From Obrimoposthia wandeli (Eukaryota): DNA of 64,000 nucleotides. Made by a program: the position numbers and the translations under genes. Positions within the stretch are counted from its first letter, which is position 1; each line of letters begins with the position of its first letter. This document shows positions 39,420-48,442 of the stretch, piece by piece. The stretch is from assembly GCA_977020255.1 (NCBI GenBank), contig CDROCS010004396.1:1-64000 (forward strand), in the 5' to 3' direction. Below the pieces are notes generated by a model. The model saw only the letters and a list, made by a program, of their open reading frames with translations, was not told the origin of the DNA and searched no databases.

Positions 39420-40667
39420 CTATAAAGTGCGTTGATCGTCTATCACTTTGCCATCATCTGCTAATTGACTAATAGACACTATCTCTACATTACCATTCAG
39501 TTTAGTGACAGCCTTTAATGTTTTCGCGATGCTGCTTTGTAAAGTATTTAACTGCACTTGATCTAATTGAGCTTGGTCAACTTCGCAATGCAATTGCATC
39601 ACATCATTGTGGTTTTGTTGAGCAACGACTAGTCTTGTTTTTACAATTTGTGGATGCGCTAAACGCACTTTTTCAACCTGCTCTGGATGCACAAACATCC
39701 CCTTGATCTTAGTGGTTTGGTCGGCGCGGCCCATCCAGCCTTTAATGCGATCATTAGTTCGACCACATTGACTAGTACCCGGTAACATCGCTGATAAATC
39801 ACCCGTCGCAAAACGAATCAGTGGGTATTCCTTATTAAAACTAGTGACGACAACTTCGCCTATTTCGCCTATTGCTACCGGTTCAATGCTCCCTGGGCGT
39901 ACTATTTCTACCAAAACATCTTCTGCAATAATTAACCCTTCATGAGGATCGCTTTCATAAGCTATCAAGCCAATATCTGCAGTTGCATAAGCTTGTAGCG
40001 CCAATATGCCAGCAGCTTTGAATTCTGCTCTTAAAGCAGGAAAAAAAGCTTCACCTGTTACTAATGCTTTGGTGATGCTCGAAACATCTCTGTTATTTAA
40101 TTGCGCTTTATCTAACAATATTTTTAAAAAAGAAGGTGTTCCACAATAACCTTCTGGCTGTAAATTTTCGATCACATCAAGTTGCTGGTCAGTTTGTCCT
40201 GGCCCTGCGGGAATAACCGTACAGCCACAAGCTCTTGCGCCTGAATCAAGAATAAAACCACCGGGAGTTAAATGATATGACAAACAATTTTGTACTTTAT
40301 CGCCCGCTCTAAAATTTGCAGCATAAAACGCTTGACCCAACCTCCACCAGTTATCAGTGCAACTTTCAGGCTCATTGATAGGTCCTGGAGACTGATACAT
40401 GCGATCAATTTTAGCTTGCGTCGCATTGATGCCAGCAAAAAGCTGTTGCTTACTCTGCATAGAAATTAACGCAGATTTTCGAGTAATTGGCAGTTTAGCG
40501 AGTTGCTCTCGTGTAGTGATAACACTGGCATCAACGCCTTTTAAAGTACTGGCATAATGTTCACTATGTTGTTGAGCATACGCAATAAATGGCGCTAATC
40601 TTGTTAATAAAGAAGCTTCGCGATCAATGTTCGATTGTGTTTCTTGCGGGGAAAAAAACGGACTCAT
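39420..40667 (-). CDS. Phenylacetate-CoA ligase-like (PaaK family) protein with variant P-loop
   Basis: LPITRKSAL, YHLTPGG, YATADIG, PLIRFATGDLS, GRADQTTKIKGMFVHP; QSPGPI in place of SSGTTG. Confidence 0.8.
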   Translation of the reverse strand: MSPFFSPQETQSNIDREASLLTRLAPFIAYAQQHSEHYASTLKGVDASVITTREQLAKLPITRKSALISMQSKQQLFAGINATQAKIDRMYQSPGPINEPESCTDNWWRLGQAFYAANFRAGDKVQNCLSYHLTPGGFILDSGARACGCTVIPAGPGQTDQQLDVIENLQPEGYCGTPSFLKILLDKAQLNNRDVSSITKALVTGEAFFPALRAEFKAAGILALQAYATADIGLIAYESDPHEGLIIAEDVLVEIVRPGSIEPVAIGEIGEVVVTSFNKEYPLIRFATGDLSAMLPGTSQCGRTNDRIKGWMGRADQTTKIKGMFVHPEQVEKVRLAHPQIVKTRLVVAQQNHNDVMQLHCEVDQAQLDQVQLNTLQSSIAKTLKAVTKLNGNVEIVSISQLADDGKVIDDQRTL

Positions 40668-40754
40668 AGCAACTCACTAAAGTAGATTAAATATTAAAAA
40701 CAACAGACGATCGATTTATCAAAGGTGCAATATTGACAGCTTATTAATTAGCAA

Positions 40755-41576
40755 TTATAACCAACGCTTACGGCGCTTATAAGATTTTAAATTTTTAAAG
40801 CTTTTACGCTCTTCATTACCGCCACCAAGGTAAAACTCTTTCACATCTTCATTACTCATCAACTGATCTGTTGTACCATCAAGTACAATTTTACCGGATT
40901 CCATGATGTAACCGTAATCGGCAGCACGTAGCGCATAGTTTGCGTTTTGCTCGACTAGCAACATAGTAATACCTTGATCTTTATTGATTTTTTTAATGAT
41001 ACCGAAAACTTCTTTTACCAATAAAGGTGATAAACCCATGGATGGTTCATCCAAACAGATCATCTTTGGCCTGGCCATTAATGCACGCCCAATTGCCAGC
41101 ATTTGCTGCTCGCCACCAGAAAAGTAACCCGCTAATCCCGTACGTTCTTTCAGCCTTGGGAAATAGTGATATACCATTTCAATATCTGATTTTATGTTAC
41201 TGTCATTACGCGTGTAAGCACCGAGCTTTAAATTTTCTAAGGCTGTCATATCTTCAATAATACGGCGTCCTTCCATCACTTGGAAAATACCGGTACGTAC
41301 TATTTCATCGGCATATTTTTTATCTATACGCTCACCCATGAAACTAACATCACCACGGGTTACTTCTCCATTTTCTGTTTTCAGTAAACCGGATATAGCT
41401 TTTAGAGTTGTTGATTTACCCGCGCCATTTGGTCCTAATAATGTAACGACGTCTCCTTCAGGCACTTCTAAAGAAACACCTCTAAGCACCTGAATAACTT
41501 CGTCATAAACAACTTCAATGTTATTAACTACTAAAAGTGGTGTAGCAGCTTCGGTTTTGGTAGCGGCTTGCGACAT
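40755..41576 (-). CDS. LivF-like ABC ATP-binding protein
   Basis: GPNGAGKST, FSGGEQQMLAIGRALM, LDEPSMGLSP, LLVEQNA. Confidence 0.92.
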   Translation of the reverse strand: MSQAATKTEAATPLLVVNNIEVVYDEVIQVLRGVSLEVPEGDVVTLLGPNGAGKSTTLKAISGLLKTENGEVTRGDVSFMGERIDKKYADEIVRTGIFQVMEGRRIIEDMTALENLKLGAYTRNDSNIKSDIEMVYHYFPRLKERTGLAGYFSGGEQQMLAIGRALMARPKMICLDEPSMGLSPLLVKEVFGIIKKINKDQGITMLLVEQNANYALRAADYGYIMESGKIVLDGTTDQLMSNEDVKEFYLGGGNEERKSFKNLKSYKRRKRWL

Positions 41577-41651
41577 AACAAACTCCAAACTATGAAAGGT
41601 TCAATCAGCGTTAAAATTATTACGCTAAAAAAGACCTTTGTATTATTTAAA

Positions 41652-41673
41652 TGACAGGGTTTTCACCCTGTCA
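41652..41673 (-). terminator. Intra-operon hairpin after the substrate-binding protein gene
   Basis: TGACAGGG-N6-CCCTGTCA perfect stem, followed by TTT on the minus strand. Confidence 0.55.
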
Positions 41674-41687
41674 ATATTCCCTATTGA

Positions 41688-42962
41688 TTAATAGCCTAAC
41701 CAGTCTTTACGACGCTCTAATGTAACCGTTGATACTTTTTCAATTACCACTTCACCGCCGTTGTAATTTCCTTTGTGGATATTAACTTGGTTTATTCCGC
41801 GATGGTCCTTTTCAGTCCAGTTAGCAGCAAGACATACGCCTTCTAAACCTTTTGGTACCCAATCAGTTTTTGCGTACATGCCTTTCTTAATGTTTTCACC
41901 GGTAATGCCGCCGTTTGCTTTAGCCCACTGCATTGCTTCTTTCATGAAATAAGTAGAGCAAACGCCTCTCATATAATGATGTAAACGCTCTTTTTTACCT
42001 TCAGTGTCTGACATTTTTGAAATTTCACGTACTAGCTTCATGCCCGGTACGTCATCATTCCAAAAAGGTGTCATTGATGGGAATATATAGTCTTTTATGC
42101 CTTCACCTGCTGCGGCAAACGTCTTTTTGTCGCCACCCCAAATATTAGACATAAATTGGATTTTTGTGCCAACGGTATTACAAGATTTAACCAGTGAAAG
42201 CACTGAACCACCTAAGTTTCCGATATAACCATAATTGGACTTAGAGCTCTTAATACTTAAGCACTGCGCTTTAAAATCACCTGGTTTCATCGAAACAACC
42301 ACTGGATGTTGCACATCAAACCCTAGCTCTGTTGCATATTCTCCACAGGCTTTTTTCGGTGCATTTGGAAATGGATGGTTGGCGCCTATATGCGTAAACT
42401 TTGGCTTGCCTTCACCTTTTTTGTCTTTCCAATCTTGAGCTGCCCATTGTACTAGGCCACGACAAGCATCTGAATATGAAGCACCATAGAAAAAGTTGTA
42501 AGGAGCTGGTTTTTTAGTATTAGGGTTTAAACCAGTAGGGTCGGTTAAATGACCTGAATACGATGCCGAGAATACTGGCGTTTTATCTTTAGCAACAAAG
42601 GATATTAGTGCTTCAGTATCAGCAGTTCCCCAGCCTTGCATAGCGACCATTTTCTTTCTTGATTTCCATTTTTTATATGCAGAAATTGCCTGTGGTACTT
42701 TGTACGCATAATCGATTGTTTCAGATTCTAGCTTCGTACCGTTGATACCGCCATTTGCATTGATATAAGCGAGTGAGTCACGAATACCATTAGCATATAC
42801 TTTGCCAATAAAGGCAGTAGGTCCTGACATGTCGGCTAAGTGACCAACAAATACTGTATCACCAGCAGCCGCTTGTACATTGGTACTAAGTACCGCTGCA
42901 GCTAAAATGGTGGGTAACAAGATTTTATGTTGACTAGCTGGTTTAATAGTTGTTTTTTTCAT
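41688..42962 (-). CDS. LivK-like ABC substrate-binding protein
   Basis: Signal peptide; DMSGPTA, ANGGING, DYAYKVPQA, GWGTADT. Confidence 0.88.
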   Translation of the reverse strand: MKKTTIKPASQHKILLPTILAAAVLSTNVQAAAGDTVFVGHLADMSGPTAFIGKVYANGIRDSLAYINANGGINGTKLESETIDYAYKVPQAISAYKKWKSRKKMVAMQGWGTADTEALISFVAKDKTPVFSASYSGHLTDPTGLNPNTKKPAPYNFFYGASYSDACRGLVQWAAQDWKDKKGEGKPKFTHIGANHPFPNAPKKACGEYATELGFDVQHPVVVSMKPGDFKAQCLSIKSSKSNYGYIGNLGGSVLSLVKSCNTVGTKIQFMSNIWGGDKKTFAAAGEGIKDYIFPSMTPFWNDDVPGMKLVREISKMSDTEGKKERLHHYMRGVCSTYFMKEAMQWAKANGGITGENIKKGMYAKTDWVPKGLEGVCLAANWTEKDHRGINQVNIHKGNYNGGEVVIEKVSTVTLERRKDWLGY

Positions 42963-43290
42963 AACAAGCTTCCTTCATAAATTATGGCTAATTGCCTATT
43001 TTTTGCCAATATCTGGCCGATCCTTTACTGCTACTTACTTGAAGAGAATTCTGTAAACTTAGTTATCAAGAGATCCCTTAAAATTACATATGTGCTTTTC
43101 TTCTTATTTCTTATCCCTTTACCTTCATTTTTAATCATTGCTGTCCGGTTAAAAAGTGTAAGCTCTTTACTCATTGATTTGTGGTTTTCTAGCATAGTTA
43201 GTTAGATTTTTTCAGCCTAAAAATGCTTGTAATTAACGTAAAATCAATAAGTTAAAGAACAACAAAAATTAAACAGGACACTAATGATCT

Positions 43291-44364
43291 CTAATAAGAG
43301 AATGGGTAGAACTTCCAATAGTTTTTAATTTGTGCCCAGCGATGTGCTAGGCCTTCAGGTTCGAATATCAAGAAGCCGATAATAACTAAGCCTATCGCCA
43401 TTTCTTTGATATAGGCTAAACCGTCGATTACCATTGGGATATTGCCCCATTGTGTCTCGCTGAGTACGCTCACGCCGCTTTCTAATACTTCAGGTAAAAA
43501 CACCATAAAAATAACACCCATTAAAGTGCCGTTTATAGAACCTAACCCACCAATAATAATCATGGCTAAGAACTGTACCGACATAAAGATAGTGAATCCT
43601 TCTGCGGAAACATAACCTAAATAGTGTGCGTATAAAGCGCCGCCTATGCCTGCATAAAAAGAAGACACACCAAAAGATAGCAAGCGATACTTATTGAGTT
43701 TGATACCCATGATTTCAGCTGATAAATAGTGATCTCTCAATGCAACAAAGGCACGACCATCACGGCTTCGCATCAAGTTACAACCCCAGATAAACATAAA
43801 GACTAAGGCAAAAAGTGCGACATAATAAAAGCTTTGATCAGTATCAAATACGTAACCAAATAAGCTAAAAGGCTCAGCTGATGCTCCTGATGAGCCACCT
43901 GAGAACCAATCTGCTCTGGCAAAAAAGTCTTCAATAATAAACTGTGACGCTAATGTCGCTATCGCTAAGTAAAGCCCTTTAATACGTGCAGCAGGCAAAC
44001 CAAACATCATGCCGACACCCATTGTTAAGAAACCAGCTAATGGAATACTTAAGAAAACAGGGATATGTAAGCTAGTATTTAACCAGGCAGATGCAAACGC
44101 GCCAAAACCAAAAAATGCGCCGTGACCTAGTGATATTTGCCCCGTAAAGCCGACTAAAATATTTAATCCTAGCGCTGCTATGCCTAAATATGAAATTTGA
44201 ATACATAAGGTTAAGAAATAACCGTCTAAAAACAGTGGCGCTGTACACAGTAAAAGAACCGTTGCTATGGCTAGCATACGAATCGTTTTTGTTTCAAATA
44301 TTGTATTATCTTGCTTATAGCTAGTGCGGAAATCACCGCACGGACGCATCGTTAAACTTGACAT
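43291..44364 (-). CDS. LivM-like ABC permease
   Basis: GFTGQISLGHGAF, RIKGLYLAIATLA, IIGGLGS. Confidence 0.9.
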   Translation of the reverse strand: MSSLTMRPCGDFRTSYKQDNTIFETKTIRMLAIATVLLLCTAPLFLDGYFLTLCIQISYLGIAALGLNILVGFTGQISLGHGAFFGFGAFASAWLNTSLHIPVFLSIPLAGFLTMGVGMMFGLPAARIKGLYLAIATLASQFIIEDFFARADWFSGGSSGASAEPFSLFGYVFDTDQSFYYVALFALVFMFIWGCNLMRSRDGRAFVALRDHYLSAEIMGIKLNKYRLLSFGVSSFYAGIGGALYAHYLGYVSAEGFTIFMSVQFLAMIIIGGLGSINGTLMGVIFMVFLPEVLESGVSVLSETQWGNIPMVIDGLAYIKEMAIGLVIIGFLIFEPEGLAHRWAQIKNYWKFYPFSY

Positions 44365-44384
44365 AAATAACTCCTAAAAAAATA

Positions 44385-45278
44385 TCAAATACGTTCAATG
44401 TCTTTGGTACCAAATAAGCCATAAGGCTTGAACCATAGAATGATTAGTAGTACGTAGAAAGGTGCGATGTCATACATGTTACCTATGTGCAAGTATTGAC
44501 TATCGACAAATTCTGCTACGTTTTCCAATACTCCAACAATTACGCCGCCGACAATGGCGCCAACAATTGAATCTAATCCACCTAAAATAACCGCTGGGAA
44601 AACTTTGATCCCCATGATTGAAAGTGAATCAGAAACACCGTTGACCATTCCTAGCACTATGCCCGCTGTTGCAGAAACGGTAGCCGCAATACCCCAACTC
44701 ATGGCAAATACATTCTTAACGGATACGCCTAAGCTTTGTGCAACTTGTTGGTCAAACGCGGTAGCACGCATAGCTAAACCATGTTTTGAATGTTTAAAGA
44801 AGAAGTAGAAAGCGCCCATAATGATGATCGCAATTGCAGTACTCATCAAATATGCCATTTCGATATTCAAACCAAGAATATTAATGCTTTGTTGATCGAA
44901 TACTTGAGGGTAGCTTTGCGCTGATACTCCAAAGATCCACTTCATCAACGCTTGGAAGAAGATTGACAAACCAATGGTGATCATGATCACGGATATGATG
45001 GGCTCGCCTATCATCGGCCTAAGCACTATCTGCTGCAGTAAAATGCCGAAAGCGGCCATAAAGCACAGGCTTAGTACAAAACCTAATAAGAATGGCAGTT
45101 CAAAATACACCAGCGCTGTCCAGCAAACCCAAGCACCTATTAATAGGAACTCGCCTTGGGCAAAGTTAACAATTTTGGTGGATTTGTAAACGAGCACAAA
45201 ACACATACCAATCACACCATATAACAAACCAACAATTAAGCCGTTGATGATGAGTTGGATTAATAATTCAAAGTTCAT
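44385..45278 (-). CDS. LivH-like ABC permease
   Basis: VNFAQGEF, GLAMRATA, ILGGLDSIVGA, KPYGLFG. Confidence 0.9.
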   Translation of the reverse strand: MNFELLIQLIINGLIVGLLYGVIGMCFVLVYKSTKIVNFAQGEFLLIGAWVCWTALVYFELPFLLGFVLSLCFMAAFGILLQQIVLRPMIGEPIISVIMITIGLSIFFQALMKWIFGVSAQSYPQVFDQQSINILGLNIEMAYLMSTAIAIIIMGAFYFFFKHSKHGLAMRATAFDQQVAQSLGVSVKNVFAMSWGIAATVSATAGIVLGMVNGVSDSLSIMGIKVFPAVILGGLDSIVGAIVGGVIVGVLENVAEFVDSQYLHIGNMYDIAPFYVLLIILWFKPYGLFGTKDIERI

Positions 45279-47224
45279 GATGCTTTCCTCTGAAGATTTT
45301 GTGGTGCTGATTGAGCTGTATTTTCAATCAAGGTTTCAACCGCTAGCTGAGTTTGAATTCTCGACGTGCTGCCATCTTGGAAAGTAATAACAGTATCAAT
45401 ATCAACGACTTTATCATTGTTGTAAATTGAATCTATAATATCTTTATATTTTTCAGCGATAACAGAACGGCGTACTTTACGGGTACGCGTTAATTCCCCA
45501 TCATCTGCATCTAATTCTTTATAAAGTAATACAAATTTATTTATTTTTTGTGCTTCAGGTAACGTTTCATTAACAATGGCAACCTCTTGCGCTAACTTTT
45601 CATAAACTTCTGGCAAAGTCGTTAAGTTGGTATAGTTAGTAAAAGCTAAACCACGCTGTTCGGCCCATTTAGAAAGGATAGAGAAACGAATACAAATAAT
45701 GGCGCTTAAGAAAGGTTTGTCTTTACCCAAAATAACCGCTTCACCAATGAATGAAGAAAACTTGAGTTTGTTTTCAATGTATTGCGGCGAATACTGCAAA
45801 CCATTACTGGTTTTTGCCAAATCTTTAATGCGATCAATGATCACTAAATGGCCAGAATCCTTAAAGTATCCAGCATCACCTGTATGCATCCAGCCGTCTT
45901 TTACATCTTCATCGTAAGCAGCCTGATTATCTAAATAGCCGGTAAACATACCGACAGTTTTAGCAATAACTTCACCCACACCTTCGTTGTCTGCATTGAT
46001 GACTTTGATTTCTGAATTATCAAAACAAACCCCTACGCTGTCATAATCGATATCATCATTTTGATGCACCGTATAAGCGCCGCCTAATTCGGTTTGTCCA
46101 TACAGTTGTCTTAATGGCACACCAATGGTTTGAAAGAATCTAAAAGTATCTGGCCCCATCGCTGCACCACCGGTAGCCGCTGACTTAAGAAAGGTGAATC
46201 CTAATCTGTCACGCAGTGCTTTCATTAGCAAAACATCCGCTAACCAAGATTTTCTACCCAGCTTTTGAGCGTCTTCAGCATGCTTCATGGCAAAATCAAA
46301 TAGTTTTTGCTTAAGTGGAGTTGAATCCATCATGCGCGCTTTTACATCCGCTAAAATTCCTTCCCATACCCTTGGTGCAAGTAACACAAAGCTTGGGCCA
46401 ATTTCACGCAAATCTGACATCAATGTTTCTTGCTCTTCAACAAAATTAACTATCTGCCTGGCGATGAGCGCTTGGCCGATAGCGTATACTTGCTCCATTA
46501 TCCAAGGTAGTGGTAGCACCGATACGTAGTTATCCCCTGCTTCTCTAGGGTCAGCTCTTAAGTACGCACTACAGTGCTTAACAAAGTTGCCGCCACCGAG
46601 TAAAACTATTTTAGGCAGTGATGTGGTACCGGATGTTGTGCAATATATAGCGGTTTCTTCAGCGTTGGTTGCATCGACATAGGTGTCGTATAACTCAGGA
46701 GATAGGCTGTCAATTTCGCGCCCTTGTTTATAAATATCTTCAATACTAACTAAGCGCGGATCATCGTATTTGCGCATACCTCGAGGATCGCAATACACAA
46801 TCACTTTCACGCTATCTATTTGATCACCAAGCTCCATTAGCTTGTCGCACTGTTCTTCATCTTCAGCAATAACCACTGTCGCTTTAGATTTATTAAGCAG
46901 GTAAACAACTTCTTCATGCAGTGAATCTTGAAAAATTCCAATGGAGTAGCAACGCATGGCGTGCGCTGAAATTTCACCCCACACCCATTCAGGTCGGTTA
47001 TCACCTAATAGCGCAACGGCATCGCCTTTTTGCACGCCTAACTTTACCAGTGCAAGTGACATCCACTTAACACGGTTTTGGTAGTCATCCCAGCTAAACT
47101 CTGTCCAAATACCGAGCTCTTTTTCACGCATGGCAGTGTTATTTGGCCAATTTTTTGCGTTATGTCGCAGTATTTTAGGAAAAGTGTCGAACTCTCCCAT
47201 TTCAAAATCGGTCACGTTACTCAT
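45275..47224 (-). CDS. Long-chain-fatty-acid-CoA ligase-like AMP-binding protein embedded in the ABC operon
   Basis: TTSGTTSLPK, LYGQTE, GWMHTGDAG, IIDRIKD, LTRTRKVRR. Confidence 0.9.
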   Translation of the reverse strand: MSNVTDFEMGEFDTFPKILRHNAKNWPNNTAMREKELGIWTEFSWDDYQNRVKWMSLALVKLGVQKGDAVALLGDNRPEWVWGEISAHAMRCYSIGIFQDSLHEEVVYLLNKSKATVVIAEDEEQCDKLMELGDQIDSVKVIVYCDPRGMRKYDDPRLVSIEDIYKQGREIDSLSPELYDTYVDATNAEETAIYCTTSGTTSLPKIVLLGGGNFVKHCSAYLRADPREAGDNYVSVLPLPWIMEQVYAIGQALIARQIVNFVEEQETLMSDLREIGPSFVLLAPRVWEGILADVKARMMDSTPLKQKLFDFAMKHAEDAQKLGRKSWLADVLLMKALRDRLGFTFLKSAATGGAAMGPDTFRFFQTIGVPLRQLYGQTELGGAYTVHQNDDIDYDSVGVCFDNSEIKVINADNEGVGEVIAKTVGMFTGYLDNQAAYDEDVKDGWMHTGDAGYFKDSGHLVIIDRIKDLAKTSNGLQYSPQYIENKLKFSSFIGEAVILGKDKPFLSAIICIRFSILSKWAEQRGLAFTNYTNLTTLPEVYEKLAQEVAIVNETLPEAQKINKFVLLYKELDADDGELTRTRKVRRSVIAEKYKDIIDSIYNNDKVVDIDTVITFQDGSTSRIQTQLAVETLIENTAQSAPQNLQRKAS

Positions 47225-48030
47225 TAACTAGCCTCCTGCATCGCATCGTCAATTTCATCATCTTCAATACCCAGATAAGCGCGTTTAACATGTGGATCAG
47301 CCATCACTTCTTCGGGTAGTCCTGACATCAGTTTTTTACCAAAATCAAGTACCATTACCTCGTGAGAAATATCCATGACCACACCCATATCATGCTCAAT
47401 CATCATCACGGTAATATCGAACTCTTCATTCAAATCAAGAATATAGCGTGCCATATCCTCTTTTTCTTCCAAGTTCATGCCCGCCATTGGCTCATCTAGT
47501 AAAATAAGCTTTGGGTTCAACGCCATCGCGCGAGCAAGCTCTACGCGTTTGCGTAAACCGTAAGAAAGAGTACCTGCGATGGATTTTCGAATATGGGAAA
47601 TCTCTAAGAAATCAATTACTTCTTCAACAACTCTGCGATGCTCTAGTTCTTCTTTTTGCGCACCAGACGCCCAATATAAAGGGCCTGTTAACCAGTTATT
47701 CTTCAATAAGTGATGACGCCCCACCATAATGTTATCTAGAACGGATAAGTGACCAAATAAGGCTAAATTTTGAAAAGTACGCCCCATACCTAAATCTGCT
47801 CGATAGTTAGGCTCTAAGTTAGTAACATCTTTATCCTGAAAAGATATGCTACCGCTATTTGGCTGGTAACGTCCTGAGATGCAGTTGAGCATTGACGTTT
47901 TCCCGGCGCCGTTTGGGCCTATAATTGAAAACACTGAGCCTTTTTTTACCTCAAAGCTCACATCTGTCAGCGCTTTCACTCCACCAAATGCTAGAGATAT
48001 CTGATCTACTTTGAGTATTGACTGGGTCAT
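47224..48030 (-). CDS. LivG-like ABC ATP-binding protein
   Basis: FGGVKAL, GPNGAGKTS, RTFQNLALF, LDEPMAGMN, IEHDM, AYLG; ATG 48030 follows a GGAG RBS. Confidence 0.92.
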   Translation of the reverse strand: MTQSILKVDQISLAFGGVKALTDVSFEVKKGSVFSIIGPNGAGKTSMLNCISGRYQPNSGSISFQDKDVTNLEPNYRADLGMGRTFQNLALFGHLSVLDNIMVGRHHLLKNNWLTGPLYWASGAQKEELEHRRVVEEVIDFLEISHIRKSIAGTLSYGLRKRVELARAMALNPKLILLDEPMAGMNLEEKEDMARYILDLNEEFDITVMMIEHDMGVVMDISHEVMVLDFGKKLMSGLPEEVMADPHVKRAYLGIEDDEIDDAMQEAS

Positions 48031-48442
48031 ACCCACACTCCCTTTTGTGTTGATTTCATCCAATGGTAGTTTGAGATAGGTTATAGACGACTAACGGTAA
48101 TTAAATTATTAGTTTTAAGTCAATTTTTTATATTTAGTATTAACTTATTTTCTATAGCGATCACACCAATTTACACATTGGGTTAAACGATAAGCTTTAC
48201 TTGTGCTTCTCTAATGTAGCTTTATCTTAAATTAGTTAGCAAAACCCGCAATCGGCAATAAGGATTAGCACTGAAGGTTTAGTTCATAATAACTAGTACT
48301 TAAGTGCTAATACTTAAGTTTTAATAATCTCATTGAACTTTAATATCTATTAAATAAGATATTTATTTCAATTAGATATATGCTAAATTTAACTTAAAAG
48401 AATAATGTTAAATAACGTCATTAAATCCCTGTAGAGAGTGTT

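Noticed and set aside
48084-48100. TAGACGACTAACGGTA as a CrbR binding site
   Set aside because: Only a loose resemblance to an interrupted GAC/GTC-type dyad; I cannot verify the consensus from the sequence alone.
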